Below are positions 14,701 to 25,650 of a stretch of 64,000 bases of DNA, piece after piece. Made by a program: the position numbers and the translations under genes. The stretch spans positions 2,068,463 to 2,132,462 of the forward strand of contig NW_003314266.1 in NCBI RefSeq assembly GCF_000143415.4. The letters run 5' to 3'. The first letter of the stretch is position 1, and each line of letters opens with the position of its first letter. The notes under the pieces are model-generated. The model searched no databases, had not been told where the DNA came from, and was given only the letters and a program-made list of their open reading frames with translations. The DNA is from Selaginella moellendorffii (Eukaryota > Plantae > Lycopodiophyta).

Positions 14701-15560
14701 CAACTTTGGACATCATGGCCACGACTATGTCCTCGCCCTTGTCCTTGAACTCGGGTAGCAACAACATCAACCTCTATTAGAACAAGACCATCTCCCATAG
14801 GAAGTGGAGCTAAAAGACATGTAGGAAGAAGTGGAAAAGGTAACTTCTCATAATATTGTGCCAAGCAAAAAGTATTATCAAAGGAGGCTAGAGCAAGTGT
14901 GCACAAGTCCTGCAAGATTTTGAGAAAGTGTTGGCTACAACATTCCTAACTTGATCTACTTTGACATATTTGGCTCTGCACGAAGCAAAAAGCTTCAGGA
15001 TTAAACACTAAATTACATCATAAACTCATATGGCTTTTGACAAAGATAATGCAATTGTTAGAAGGCATCATTACAATTGTTAACATGTCCAAATGCATGT
15101 TTAAAGATGTCTAGGAGAATGCTCCAATCCTCACAAGTGGTTGCAATCAAACTATTGTACCATTATAGTGTAGTCCCTTATAGACATATGGGAAATTCAC
15201 ACAAACGCTAAACATCATCCCAAGAATGATATGTGGCAATCACTATGTGTCTATAAGTAGTTGAACCAATAGTACATATCATCCCCAAGATTCTCATGGC
15301 AGAACTCCGACCGAACTCAAGGATTGGCAGCAAAAGCAAGAAGAGTTGTACCACATACTGTGAATGCCACTATCAACTGAGTTTGATTGTTCAATTGCAA
15401 TTGCATAGCATTGAGCAATTGCATTAACTACTACTTTAGAGTTAAAGGAAGAAGAGGTTGCTACTCTACCATAAAGATAAACAAAAAGGAAAAAGCAAAA
15501 GAGAAGAAACTAAGAAAAGCTATAAGAAAAAGGAGATCTAGATAATGAAAAAGCTAGATC
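11750..15560 (-). mobile_element. Heavily decayed Ty3/Gypsy LTR retrotransposon internal region (gag, protease, RT, RNase H remnants)
   Basis: RNase H-like LTTPSILAYPDYTQLFILYVDASD (~11830-11950); RT-like QVPMAKENIPRTIFHTLFGLYEF (~12415-12485); protease-like FNLILGIDWL (~13080-13110); gag-like WDD..RLCEFP..L.GT..WYNSL (~15150-15230). AT-rich, CpG-poor, many stops. Boundaries and LTRs are uncertain. Confidence 0.75.
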
Positions 15561-15854
15561 TAAAACAAAATCCCACTCCTCAAGAATAATTAAAGTTGCC
15601 TTTCTCCTCCATCAATATGAGTGCATAGAATATGGAAACAAAATACAAAAATGTGCATATCCATTAGCCTAAAAATCCCTAGCTTATATACAAGAGTGAG
15701 TGGTCTGGAATTTAATGGCTATCAAAATCCCATTATGTTAATATTAATATACGGCATTGTAGCCACACTTGGACCTTACAGTAATTAAGGTAATTATTAA
15801 TATGATTTAACTGGAATATAACAAAAAAGTATATATATATCATTGGATCAGTTT

Positions 15855-16700
15855 CTCATCAATAAACTCATAAACTCATCTTATTAAGTTGATTAGTTAT
15901 CACTAGATCAATCAACTCATAGATAACTCAACCAACTCATGCAGGACTTGGATGGGCAGCCCTGCTTGCCCTGCCCAGCCTGCCCAACTCAGGACTTGGA
16001 TGGGCAGGGCATCAGAGTGTATGCTGCTACAACTGACAGGGTGACCTTGTGGTTTTGAAGGTGCATGTGGCTGGACCACGTGTGGCAACGATTTCAGCTA
16101 GAATGTCCGAGCTCCCTTTTTTGGGACGTGGATCCCTTAGGCACACGTTGGAATTGTTTGTTAATCTTAAAATTTGTGAGCTGTGTGTGTAAGTGGTGTT
16201 TCAGTGAAAGAAATTGCAAATGTGGTGCAAGTTCATTGGTGTACTCTTTCTTTTGCTGTGCAAACTAAGAGTCACCACAAAAGTTCATCTCCCTCTTAAT
16301 ACGCTTTGTGATGTTATGAGAAATGTTGTTGCATTGGACAGAGGAGGCTCGAATTGGGGAGTTAGATCAGTGCAGAAAAGACTGTTGGATTTTAGCCTTT
16401 GTGTTCCCTGTGAAAATGTGAGGTTGGCATTGAATACTCTTGATCTTGAAACAGCTAAAAGGTGTCATATAAGCACTATCAATAGCCGACAATATGATGT
16501 TGAAGCAGCAATGGAGTTATGGTATATGGATTGTAATTTTTTTAATGTAATCATCTTATTAAGTTGATTAGTCATCAAAAGATCAATCAACTCATGAATT
16601 GATCAATCAATGAACAACTCAACCAACTCATAAAGTGATCAATCAACTCAGCATGAATTGATGTGAATTGATCAATCATCATAATTCAATTAGATCAAAT
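15855..16700 (+). mobile_element. Relic of an IS3/IS3EU-like DDE transposon: transposase fragment flanked by arrays of short (ATC)AACTCA repeats
   Basis: ORF 16214-16567 contains LNTLCDVMRNVV..GSNWGVRSVQKRL..VPCENVRLALNTLDLETAKRCH..RQYDVEAAMELWYMDCN, the pattern of the HTH leading into the first catalytic D (WH[IM]D). catcttattaagttgattagt occurs at ~15878 and ~16552, with many atcaactca units around both. Confidence 0.5.
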
Positions 16701-18661
16701 AAACACTTTATCCACTGTACACCACTCCCCCTTAATGGGAGGATTGAATATCTTGATTGGTTCCATCAGAAGATCTAAGAAAGTGCAAAACACTTTTGAG
16801 CTCATGAGCTCCAAAGTTAGAGCTGAGCTCAATTTGTACTTCAAACAACCTTATTAAACCTTAGGGCCTTACAAATGTGATGAGGCTTGGGTTTAAAGAG
16901 GGGCTTCTTGGGTCAAGGGCCAGAGATGTTGAAGCTTGTTGCCCTAACAGAAACAAAATGCATGCCTCATAAGAGCTTGCAGCCCCAGGCAAAAATCAGT
17001 TCAGAAGTGAACCAGTTTTTTTCCAATTGGTTTGCATGCGAATCAAATTTGGCCAAACCAGTTCAAGTGCAAACCACATTTTGCCGAACCAGTTTAGCTA
17101 AGTCCAAATCGAGGTTGCACTAATGGCCACCTCAAGCAGCAAGAGGGGGTAGAGTGGTTTACTTTGTAAATTGAATTATTTTGGTTAGCACGAAAGTTTC
17201 TTACTAGTTTTAAGGTGTTAAAATTAGTTTTAAGGTTGAACTAGATTTTATAGTTTTAAGGTTTTTTATAAAAAAAAGAAAAAGAAATCTAGTTCGCATA
17301 CAGGAAAATTTAGTTTGCATATCTACACACCAATGAGACTTTAAAAGCTAGAAAGTGTGTAGACTTTAATTTTAACAAACAGATAGCAAATTAATTGAGG
17401 ATCTATATTGTTTCAAGATTTATAGTTGATTATGTTGATTTCCATTGACTTGAGCTCAATTGACTTCAACTCATGAGCTTAATTCAATTTTTTGGACATC
17501 TCCCTATAACAAGACAAGTTAATAGGTATCATAAAATATATCTATCTTGAAGATTTTGATGATGTGTTTGCTGAAATAACATGAGTAACTCAGCAAATGT
17601 TGGTCGTTAGCAAAGTTTTTTGTGGATAAAAAATCGTATATGCTTGTCAATCTCCTCTACATTGCTTCCAGAGTCTTTGAACCAGAGTACACCTGTGCCT
17701 TGAAACCTGGCTACCAGGCCCTCAAAATCCTCCCCCTTGGACGCCGGATCATAGCTTAGCTCGCTTAGAAGGCCAAAATTAACATATTTTCATCAACCTC
17801 GCTCCGTCTCCGAGCAGGAGCTGGCTTTTATGCAAAGCGGACAGGAGCTCCTTGAATTGGCTGTTTGTGACGTGAGGCCACCGCCATGCGTCAGGATCTC
17901 GCTCCACCTCCGCTTCCATGTCCTCGGTCCGGTCTATTTCTGGGTCAGGACTCCGATATAGCCAAGGACGAAAGTGAGGCTGCTCCGGTAATCCTTTTCC
18001 CAGTCCTCTGCCTCAACTGGAACGTAGCCTTCTTTGTAGAGTTTGGTCACCTCGCGTTCCACAGACTCTAGACGATCGGCCTCCTTGATCCTGCTCCGGA
18101 GAGTGGCCAGCGAGGTGGCACAGCTCGGCCCAGAGGAAATAAGTGCTTCGAACAACTTTGTCTACAATGGTGCGAAGCTTGCCATCGCTGCTTCCTAAAG
18201 AACCAGTGAGACTTAGTAGAAGCCTCAGTACCTTTCCCAATATTCTTCGACTGCATCCAGAGCAAGCATGGTGCCATCGGTGCTCAGTGCTCCCGCGGGG
18301 AGAGGCTGGAGGAGTGAAAAAGTTGACAAGAATGGAGAGGGCTTCCTCCGTGACGCTTGCCAAGGATGCGCAGGCACGGAGCTCGGCAGCGTTGCCCTTG
18401 AGCAGCGACGACAAATACGCCTCGGGAAGCCAGTCGGGATCGTTGATTCTGATTTACCTGCAATGTGTGGAGGCCTCTGGAAAGAGCAATGTGTAGGTGG
18501 TTCTGAGACTTTGGATCTACTGCGAGTACTTCTTTAGAATGACCGGTGGTATGGTTGGGAATGAGCGGTCTTATGATGCCGGATTGCAGAATTTGAGGCA
18601 AATGGAAGTCTTTTATTTCTTAACCCATTTTATCATCATCGTTTGCGCTTCTTGACTTCTT

Positions 18662-19472
18662 TTAAGGGGGACAAAATGTGGCAATTATTTCAGAGGCTCC
18701 CAAGCACGAATAGCTCGAGGTGTTTGCTTCGCAAGGATAAGTTGACGACCTTGGGCACGCGGCCTTGAAAGCTCTCGCGTATTGGCTTGGGCTGCACTTG
18801 AGAGGACAAGTGTATCTCCCCCGGCAGCAGTACTGATCCTCGTTGAGTCCCAGGCATGGGCTCTTGCAAGCAATCACTCGTCCAATGTTGCTCTTGTCCA
18901 CCACCGCCAGCTCCTTGGGACACCCAGAGTTTGCATCGCTGCCGGATTTACAACCCGCCCAGGAGCACGACGAGTTCCTGGGAGCGATGGAGATGGCCAG
19001 ATTGTAGCCCTCGAGCAGAGAGACGGAGTACCGGGCCGGGAGATTGAGCTGGGCGATGGTGGCTGGCGGAGTTCCACGCTTGGAGCAGGATATATCGCCC
19101 GAGCCACAGTCGCCTGTGTCGCAGATGAATCTGCTGGTACTGGATCCGGGTGCCTGGCGCCAGGAGCACCCCGTTCTTCCCCAAAACCGGCCCGACCAGT
19201 CACGCGGGACGAAGAGCGAGAAGGTCTCGTCCGCGCTGAGCTCGGTTCCACTCGAAAATGGATTCGACACGCCCGGGTCAGTGGTCCATGCTGCCCACAC
19301 GGAGAAGGAGCACGAGTTTCTCAGTCGGATCAACACGCTGCTGTCTTGGGCTCTCGATCCATGCCCTGTGTCAGAGAAGGTTCGATTTTTGGATCTACGG
19401 AAGAAGAAGAAGAAGAGACTTGCCTGCTGCGAGTGCGAGGAGGAAGACAAGAGCAAAAACTCCACGACACAT
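18662..19472 (-). CDS. Thaumatin-like protein (PR-5 family), secreted; exon 1 19472-19424, GC-AG intron 19423-19366, exon 2 19365-18662
   Basis: NSCSFSVW, WSGRFWGRTGC, CDTGDCG, YSVSLLEGYNL, CKSPC..YCC, YARAFKAACP..YP. The spliced N-terminus MCRGVFALVFLLALAAG is a signal peptide. Confidence 0.92.
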
Positions 19473-20237
19473 CTCCAACGTTGTTGATGATGACTTTGGG
19501 AATTGCTCATGCGATTCTTATAGCAAGCGAGCCATTTGACTTGAGACAGTGATGCTGGCGGGCGCTGTTTCGAAAAGTCTTGGTCTCATTGCTGCTGATA
19601 AGATTGACAGCTGCTTCATTGAGTGTGACCGATCACCAGCTTTCGACCGACAACCAGTGAAGGATTAGAATGGTCAATCCTTCATTTCTACGCAGAACCT
19701 ATCTTCATAGGAGAATCATAGTACCAGTTTTGCGCTCGTACACGATCAAACTGAGGTCCTGGAGAACAATGAAAGATGAGAAAGAAGCTTCAGTGCACAA
19801 GATGGCTCTCGGTGGAAATTTTGTTTGAATAGATAAATTCTTATCAGAATTTGTTCTCGCTTCCTGGGTGCGTCTGGGTCATGTGCGCTGAGGCAAGTTC
19901 AAGAGCTGGATCGAACCACCATATTTAGCCCATCTCGGAGTCGGATGTAGAGTCCGAGGTCTGGGACTGGGCTTGGTGGCGTGGGCTAGTGGGATGTCGA
20001 TCTGTAATTCATTGCTGTCATGTCTCTGTCCATATGCTTGTCGTCAGCGCTCCAGACGGGATGTGAACGATCTAGTAGCACACTACTTCATCTGTGAGAG
20101 TCAAATAGTATATCTACGCTCGGGCAACTTTCTCAAAAATCAAATATCAAATATGAAGTTTATGAAATTTCTATGAAGTTTGGCCTAAACTTGAGACGTC
20201 TCATGTACTGGACAGAAAGTGGCAGTTGTCTCCATAT

Positions 20238-20328
20238 AGTTTGCTTCGCAAGGATAACCTTTCCTTGAAAGCTCTCGAGGGGCTGGACAAAGATCTGCCA
20301 GGGCAACAGTAGTGATCCTCGTTGAGTC
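20238..20328 (-). pseudogene. Short deletion-riddled copy of the 3' part of the adjacent thaumatin-like gene
   Basis: gtttgcttcgcaaggataa / ccttgaaagctctcg / ggca.cagta.tgatcctcgttgagtc match 18722-18849 colinearly, with internal gaps. Confidence 0.75.
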
Positions 20329-22138
20329 AAATTTGACTTCTGATTTAGAGTCACCTTAATCTTTAGTGTCATGAAGTCGTCTGTTTTATCCAGGCAGTTA
20401 GTTGAGAGTCTGATATGGTCTTTGAAGAGAAGTGACCAAGAGATAGAGCAACCCGAAGAAGATTGATGGAGAAGCGCAAGCACAATGCCTTGTCCGTGAC
20501 CGATGACATGTTGAGAGGCCCGATGAGATCATCTGGCTGCTGGCCGAGTCTCATTGCCCAGGATGCCATTTGCTCGCCTGCTAAAGCCACCCGATGACCA
20601 CTGCACCGGCCCATCATTGAACTTACTAACTAAATCTTGATACGCGTCATTCAGCGTGTCCCTGTTCTCCTCAAACTTTGGCACAGAGCCCATTCCGAGG
20701 CTGTGCTTACTCTTGCAAAAAGAACCACACGTATAGTTTGACTGATTATGGCGTTTTTACAAAATGTGGACGATTAAATCTGCTGAGTAATCGACGCTGC
20801 GATCAAACTGGACAGTGGATATATCAGCCAGAGACGACAGAAGGCGAAATCCCAGACAGACTGCAGAACGTTTGCGGACATGGCGTGTGAAAAATCTGTT
20901 GTTCGTGAGATGAATATCGTGGCTGCAGATGCAACTATCTCCGACGGGTAGAGGCTGGTCGGAATAAAGTCGGCAGCCATCGTAGAACCCTATAGTAGCG
21001 GTGATCGGTCCTTCTGTTGCTTCGATGGCGTTGTCTCCAGAAACGTAATACTTGACAAGATCATTGCTTGCTGGAGACAAATCCCTCTCTTGTGGTGGCA
21101 TTCTCCGGCTCGAGAACAGCGCCACCTCTCACTCTGACCAGAGCAATGCGATTGAGGCCACAACGCCGCGATCGCCCAGCTGCAAATCTGTGCACATGGA
21201 ATGCGAATTCCGCCCTAGCGGTCCACAGACGCAATGGGACACACTCCATAGCTATCGAATGGCTCTAGGCGATAGAGCAAAGATCACTAACTGAAAAGCT
21301 GTGATCCGTGAGATTCACTGAAAACTATGAGCGTTCTTTACCCTCGTCCAAGCTGACCAGGAATTGCACAAATGTGTGAAAGACGTACCGCCATTGAAAC
21401 TCAATCCCGGATAAGGCACGTGTACAATACGTGGCATGCGTATCTATACACACACACAAGTATTGAGAAATTCTTTTACAGTGCGAGAGTCGCGCTCTTG
21501 GGACAAGTCATATATGTCTTTGTCAGTTGCTAGCTTGAATTCTACCATCACCGTGTATCACATGCAAATAAATATGCAAGAAAACACAGAAACATAGATA
21601 TGACAGACGAGCAAAACAATGCATAGTATAATTGTTCAGCGACACAATCTCAGAATCGTCAACACGGAAAATCCTGTAACCCATCTGCAAGAAAACTTAT
21701 TTTTCCCTGAGATTTCAATTGGTTGCTAGCGAGCAAGAAGCGTGACACTCATACATAGCAGTGCCAATGGGCATTGGCAGGGGCAGCGGCTCACGGAGCG
21801 CTCTCTTCAAGCCCTCGGGCTCCAGAATGGAGAAAGGGAGTGGCTTCTAGCCCAAGCTTTGCTATTGTCCATCGCAGCTGCTAAAGCAAACATTCAAGAA
21901 AAGTTACAAGAACTGAGGGCAAGGAAGATCTTGTCATCGGCCTTGCAGCGCTAGCTCAAGAAGCCCTCGTCCAAGCTCACCCATCCCAGATCGCGATGTA
22001 GGAATCGAGCGCTGTCGCTGACCTTGGGCGCCCTGATTCTTTATATGCAGTCGAGAAGCGTGGTGCCTGGAGCTTGCAAGAAGGGTGCTGCTTCACGGCA
22101 GCTTGATCCGGCGCGAGAACTTCACCATCGCCAACCAC

Positions 22139-22377
22139 ACAGTACCGCCACCTATTTCCTTATAACCTAATGTTTCAACTTTATAAGGCTCTAAAATATT
22201 CGAATATTCTTATACAACTATTCGGACATACTTTTCATACTAGTCAATCCTGCTGACAGTACCGCCACCTATTTCCTTATAACCTAATGTTTCAACTTTA
22301 TAAGGCTCTAAAATATTCGAATATTCTTATACAACTATTCGGACATACTTTTCATACTAGTCAATCCTGCTGACAGT
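22139..22377. repeat. Perfect 117-bp tandem duplication in the promoter region of the U-box gene
   Basis: accgccacctatttcc...caatcctgctgacagt starts at 22144 and 22261; ACAGT lies at all three junctions. Confidence 0.97.
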
Positions 22378-22496
22378 CAAATGCCATGCCACAAGGGTTT
22401 TGTCTTGCGCGATCACAGGTATGGCGCATTCTCGGCCTTGCTCGGTGACGGCTATGGCGCATTCTCTGCGGCGCTGACGGCACTCTCGCATCGAGA

Positions 22497-25400
22497 ATGC
22501 TGCCGGGGCGATTTGGCGGCGTTGTTCTAGCGCCGGTGTCGGAGCTCCTGGCCAGGGTTCTCGTCCAGATCGCAGAGACAGTCGTGGCGGCGAAGGATGT
22601 GCTCATCGAGAAGGAGAGCTTCAGCCAATTGGCCAGGTATTTGGAGAAGATCCGGCCGCTGCTGGTGGAGCTCCAGGACAAGATCGCGGACGATGTTCCT
22701 CCGCTCAGGAAATCGCTCGAGACCCTGAGCAAGGAGATGAGGAAGTCGCAGGAGCTCATCGCGCACTGCAGCTCCAAGAGCAAGATCTACTTGCTCATCA
22801 ATTGCCGCTCCATCGTCAGCCAGGTCCAGGGAATCACCCAAGAGATTGGGCGGTGCTTGAGCCTGGTGCCAATGGCGAGCATGAATCTCTCGGCCGACAC
22901 GAGGCAAAATGCCATGGGTCTTCTCCAGGACATGCAAAGCGCACAGTTCAAGGCAACTCTCGCGGGGGAGGAGATCGTGGGAATGATAGAGAATGGAGTG
23001 AGGACGCGTCGTCTTGACAGTAACTTCTCCAATGATCTGCTGCTACAAATCGCTCACGCGGTTGGGGTTCCAGTGAATCCAGTGGCTCTTCGCCAGGAGC
23101 TCTTGCAGTTTAAGAAGGAGAAGGAGGAGATAGAACTCCACAAGGACCAGGCCGAGGCTTATCAACTCGAGCAGATAATTGGGATCTTAAACGCGGCCGA
23201 TGCCGCGACCACGGCAGCCGAGAAGGAGTCGACGTACAGGAGGAAGAAGAGTTTCGGGGGGATTCACGCTCTACCTCCACTTCAAACTTTTTGCTGTCCG
23301 ATCACGCAGGAAGTCATGGAGGATCCCGTGGAGATAGCTTCTGGACAGATCTTCGAGAGGAGTGCCATATCGAAGTGGTTCTCGGCTGGAAAGAGGACGT
23401 GTCCGACAACCAAAGTGGAGCTGGACTCGCTGGAAGTGAAGCCGAACTTTGCTCTTCGCCAGTCCATCGAGGAGTGGAAGGAGAGGAACGTTATCATCGG
23501 TATCGGAGTTGCGCGGTCGAAAATTCTTTCGGATAACCAGGACGACATTCACAGTGGTCTTCGTGACTTGCAGAAGCTAAGCGAAGAGAAGTCCCTGCAT
23601 CGATACTGGATTGCCTCGGAGCGCCTCATTCCTGAAATTGTAAGGCTTCTCAAAGATGGCGGACGAGATACAAGGAGAAGGGCTCTAGAAACGCTGTGCA
23701 GTCTTGCAAAGAGTGACGAGATCAAGGTACTCTACTTTTTCTTTTCTCTCTCCCTCTCCATCACTTCTGAGGACTCTCGTGTTAGTGGATCAGGAAGAAA
23801 TCACGGCAGAAAGCGCCATCCCGATCATCGCTCGCTCTCTAGCTCGTGACGTCGGGGAGAGCAGGCAGGCTGTAGCACTGCTGCTAGAACTGTCGAAAAT
23901 TCCTACGAGCTTGGAGCAAATAGGAAAGGCTCAAGGCTGCATTCTGCTTCTGGTGGCCATGCTGAGAAGTGAAAATTCGAGCGCGGTGGAAGATGCTCGA
24001 CAGCTGCTGGCAAACTTGTCCGGCACTGACGCCAACGTTATCCAGATGGCCGAGGCGAACCATTTCGGGCCCTTGATCTCACGTCTAGATGAAGGTGAAA
24101 TGCTATGCGTTTTTTCTTGTTCTGACAGAAGTTTTGCAGGGAGTGACGCGACAAAAATTCTCATGGCAACTGCGTTGTCGGAGATGAGCTTGACGGACGA
24201 AAGTAAAGCTACGCTTGGCAAGACAGGAGCAATCCAGCCTCTGGCGAGCATGCTCTCTTCTGGTAAGCCTGAATTCCAACAGCCAGCTCTTGGAGCTCTT
24301 GCGAGCTTGTCAACGTATCCTAGCAACAGGGAGGCCATGATCGCGGCAAATGTGCTACCTCCGTTGCTCCAGCTATTGTTCTCCATTGCCTCGGTGGTGA
24401 TGGCTCTCAAAGTACAGGCCGCTGCTACGATAGCCAACATTTCTTCGTGGGACGGTAGTGTAGCTGGGGACCAAGGGGACGTGGTAGACAAGTTTAGGAT
24501 TCTCCAGAGTGAGGATACAGTGGCTCGACTTCTCGCGATGCTCAAGCTCACGGATCCTTCGGTGCAAGCTCACATACTATACGGACTGGTGGCAATGTGC
24601 TCGAGAAGCAGCGCCAAGACTCTCCGACTAAGTCTGAGACACGCAGGGGCCATGGCGCTGCTTATCAGCTTGTTTCTGGAAGCCGAGGATCAAGAGGTTA
24701 GAACAGGTTCCTTGAAGTTGGTGTTTTGGATCTCCAGGGATACCACAGGCAAGGATCTGGCCTCGCACGTAGACTCTCCATGCATGGAAGCTCTAGTGAA
24801 GTTCATCACCTCTTCGCAAGACGCTGGAGCCAGCAGCGCTGCCTTGGGAATCATTGGCATTCTCCCACAGGCGGATGCTCAAGTCATGCGGCTCCTCCAA
24901 CAAGCCAGGGTTTTGCCTGCCGCCATCGACGCTCTCTCCGAAGCTCTGTCCAGGATCTCGACCAAGGAACCATACAACACTCTCCTCGAGAACGTAGCGG
25001 GAGCGCTGTTACTCTTCACGAACCCCTCCAACGTCGAGGTGCAAACGCAAGCCGCCGGAGTTATACCATCGCTGGTGAGGCTGCTAGAGGTCGGGACGCC
25101 GCTAGCAAGGTCCCGGGCAGCCACAGCGCTGGGACAGTTCTCGGAGAACTCGGGCAAGCTGAGCTCCAGAGCTCCAGCTTCCAGAGGCTGCTGTAGCCTC
25201 TTCGGGCCTCGCCGCGACTTGGGCTGTCCAGTTCACGGTGGCAAGTGCTCGGTGCGATCGTCATTTTGCTTGGTGGAGGCGTGGGCGATCGCGCCGCTGG
25301 TCCAGACGCTGGGTAACGAGGACGGTCTCGTTCACGAGGCTGCGCTTGGGGCCTTGACAACTTTGCTCTACGATGATACGTGGGAGAATGGAGTTCACGT

Positions 25401-25650
25401 CATCGCGCAAGCGCAGGGCGTGAGGCCAGTGGTGCGGCTGTTGACGAGCGGGAGCGCGGGGGCCAAAGAGAAGGCGGTGTGGATGCTGGAGAAGTTCTTC
25501 CGGTTTAGAGAGTACCAGGAGGAGTATGGCAGGGCGGCCCAGATGCCACTGATTGATCTCACGCAGAGAGGTAGCGCGTCGACAAGGCAGCTTGCTGCGA
25601 AAATCTTGGCTCATCTGAATGTTCTTCACGACCAGTCGTCATACTTTTGA
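22497..25650 (+). CDS. U-box/ARM-repeat E3 ligase, PUB43/PUB44 (SAUL1)-like; introns 23727-23793 and 24095-24139
   Basis: UND region (SKIYLLINCRSIV), U-box (FCCPITQEVMEDPVEIASGQIFERSAISKWF..CPTT), NVIQMAEANHF, CPVHGGKCSVRSSFCLVEA, C-terminal LAAKILAHLNVLHDQSSYF. Confidence 0.92.

Noticed and set aside
15855-16700. Short repeats as a CRISPR-like array
   Set aside because: Eukaryotic context, irregular degenerate units and no constant repeat-spacer period.
17700-18600. Coding-like minus-strand stretch (EALSILVNFF..., RIKEADRLESVERE...)
   Set aside because: It has frameshifts and stops and no recognisable family; probably pseudogene debris, so left unannotated.
19560-22130. Short ORFs between the thaumatin and U-box genes
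   Set aside because: I could not build a consistent exon chain or recognise a domain.
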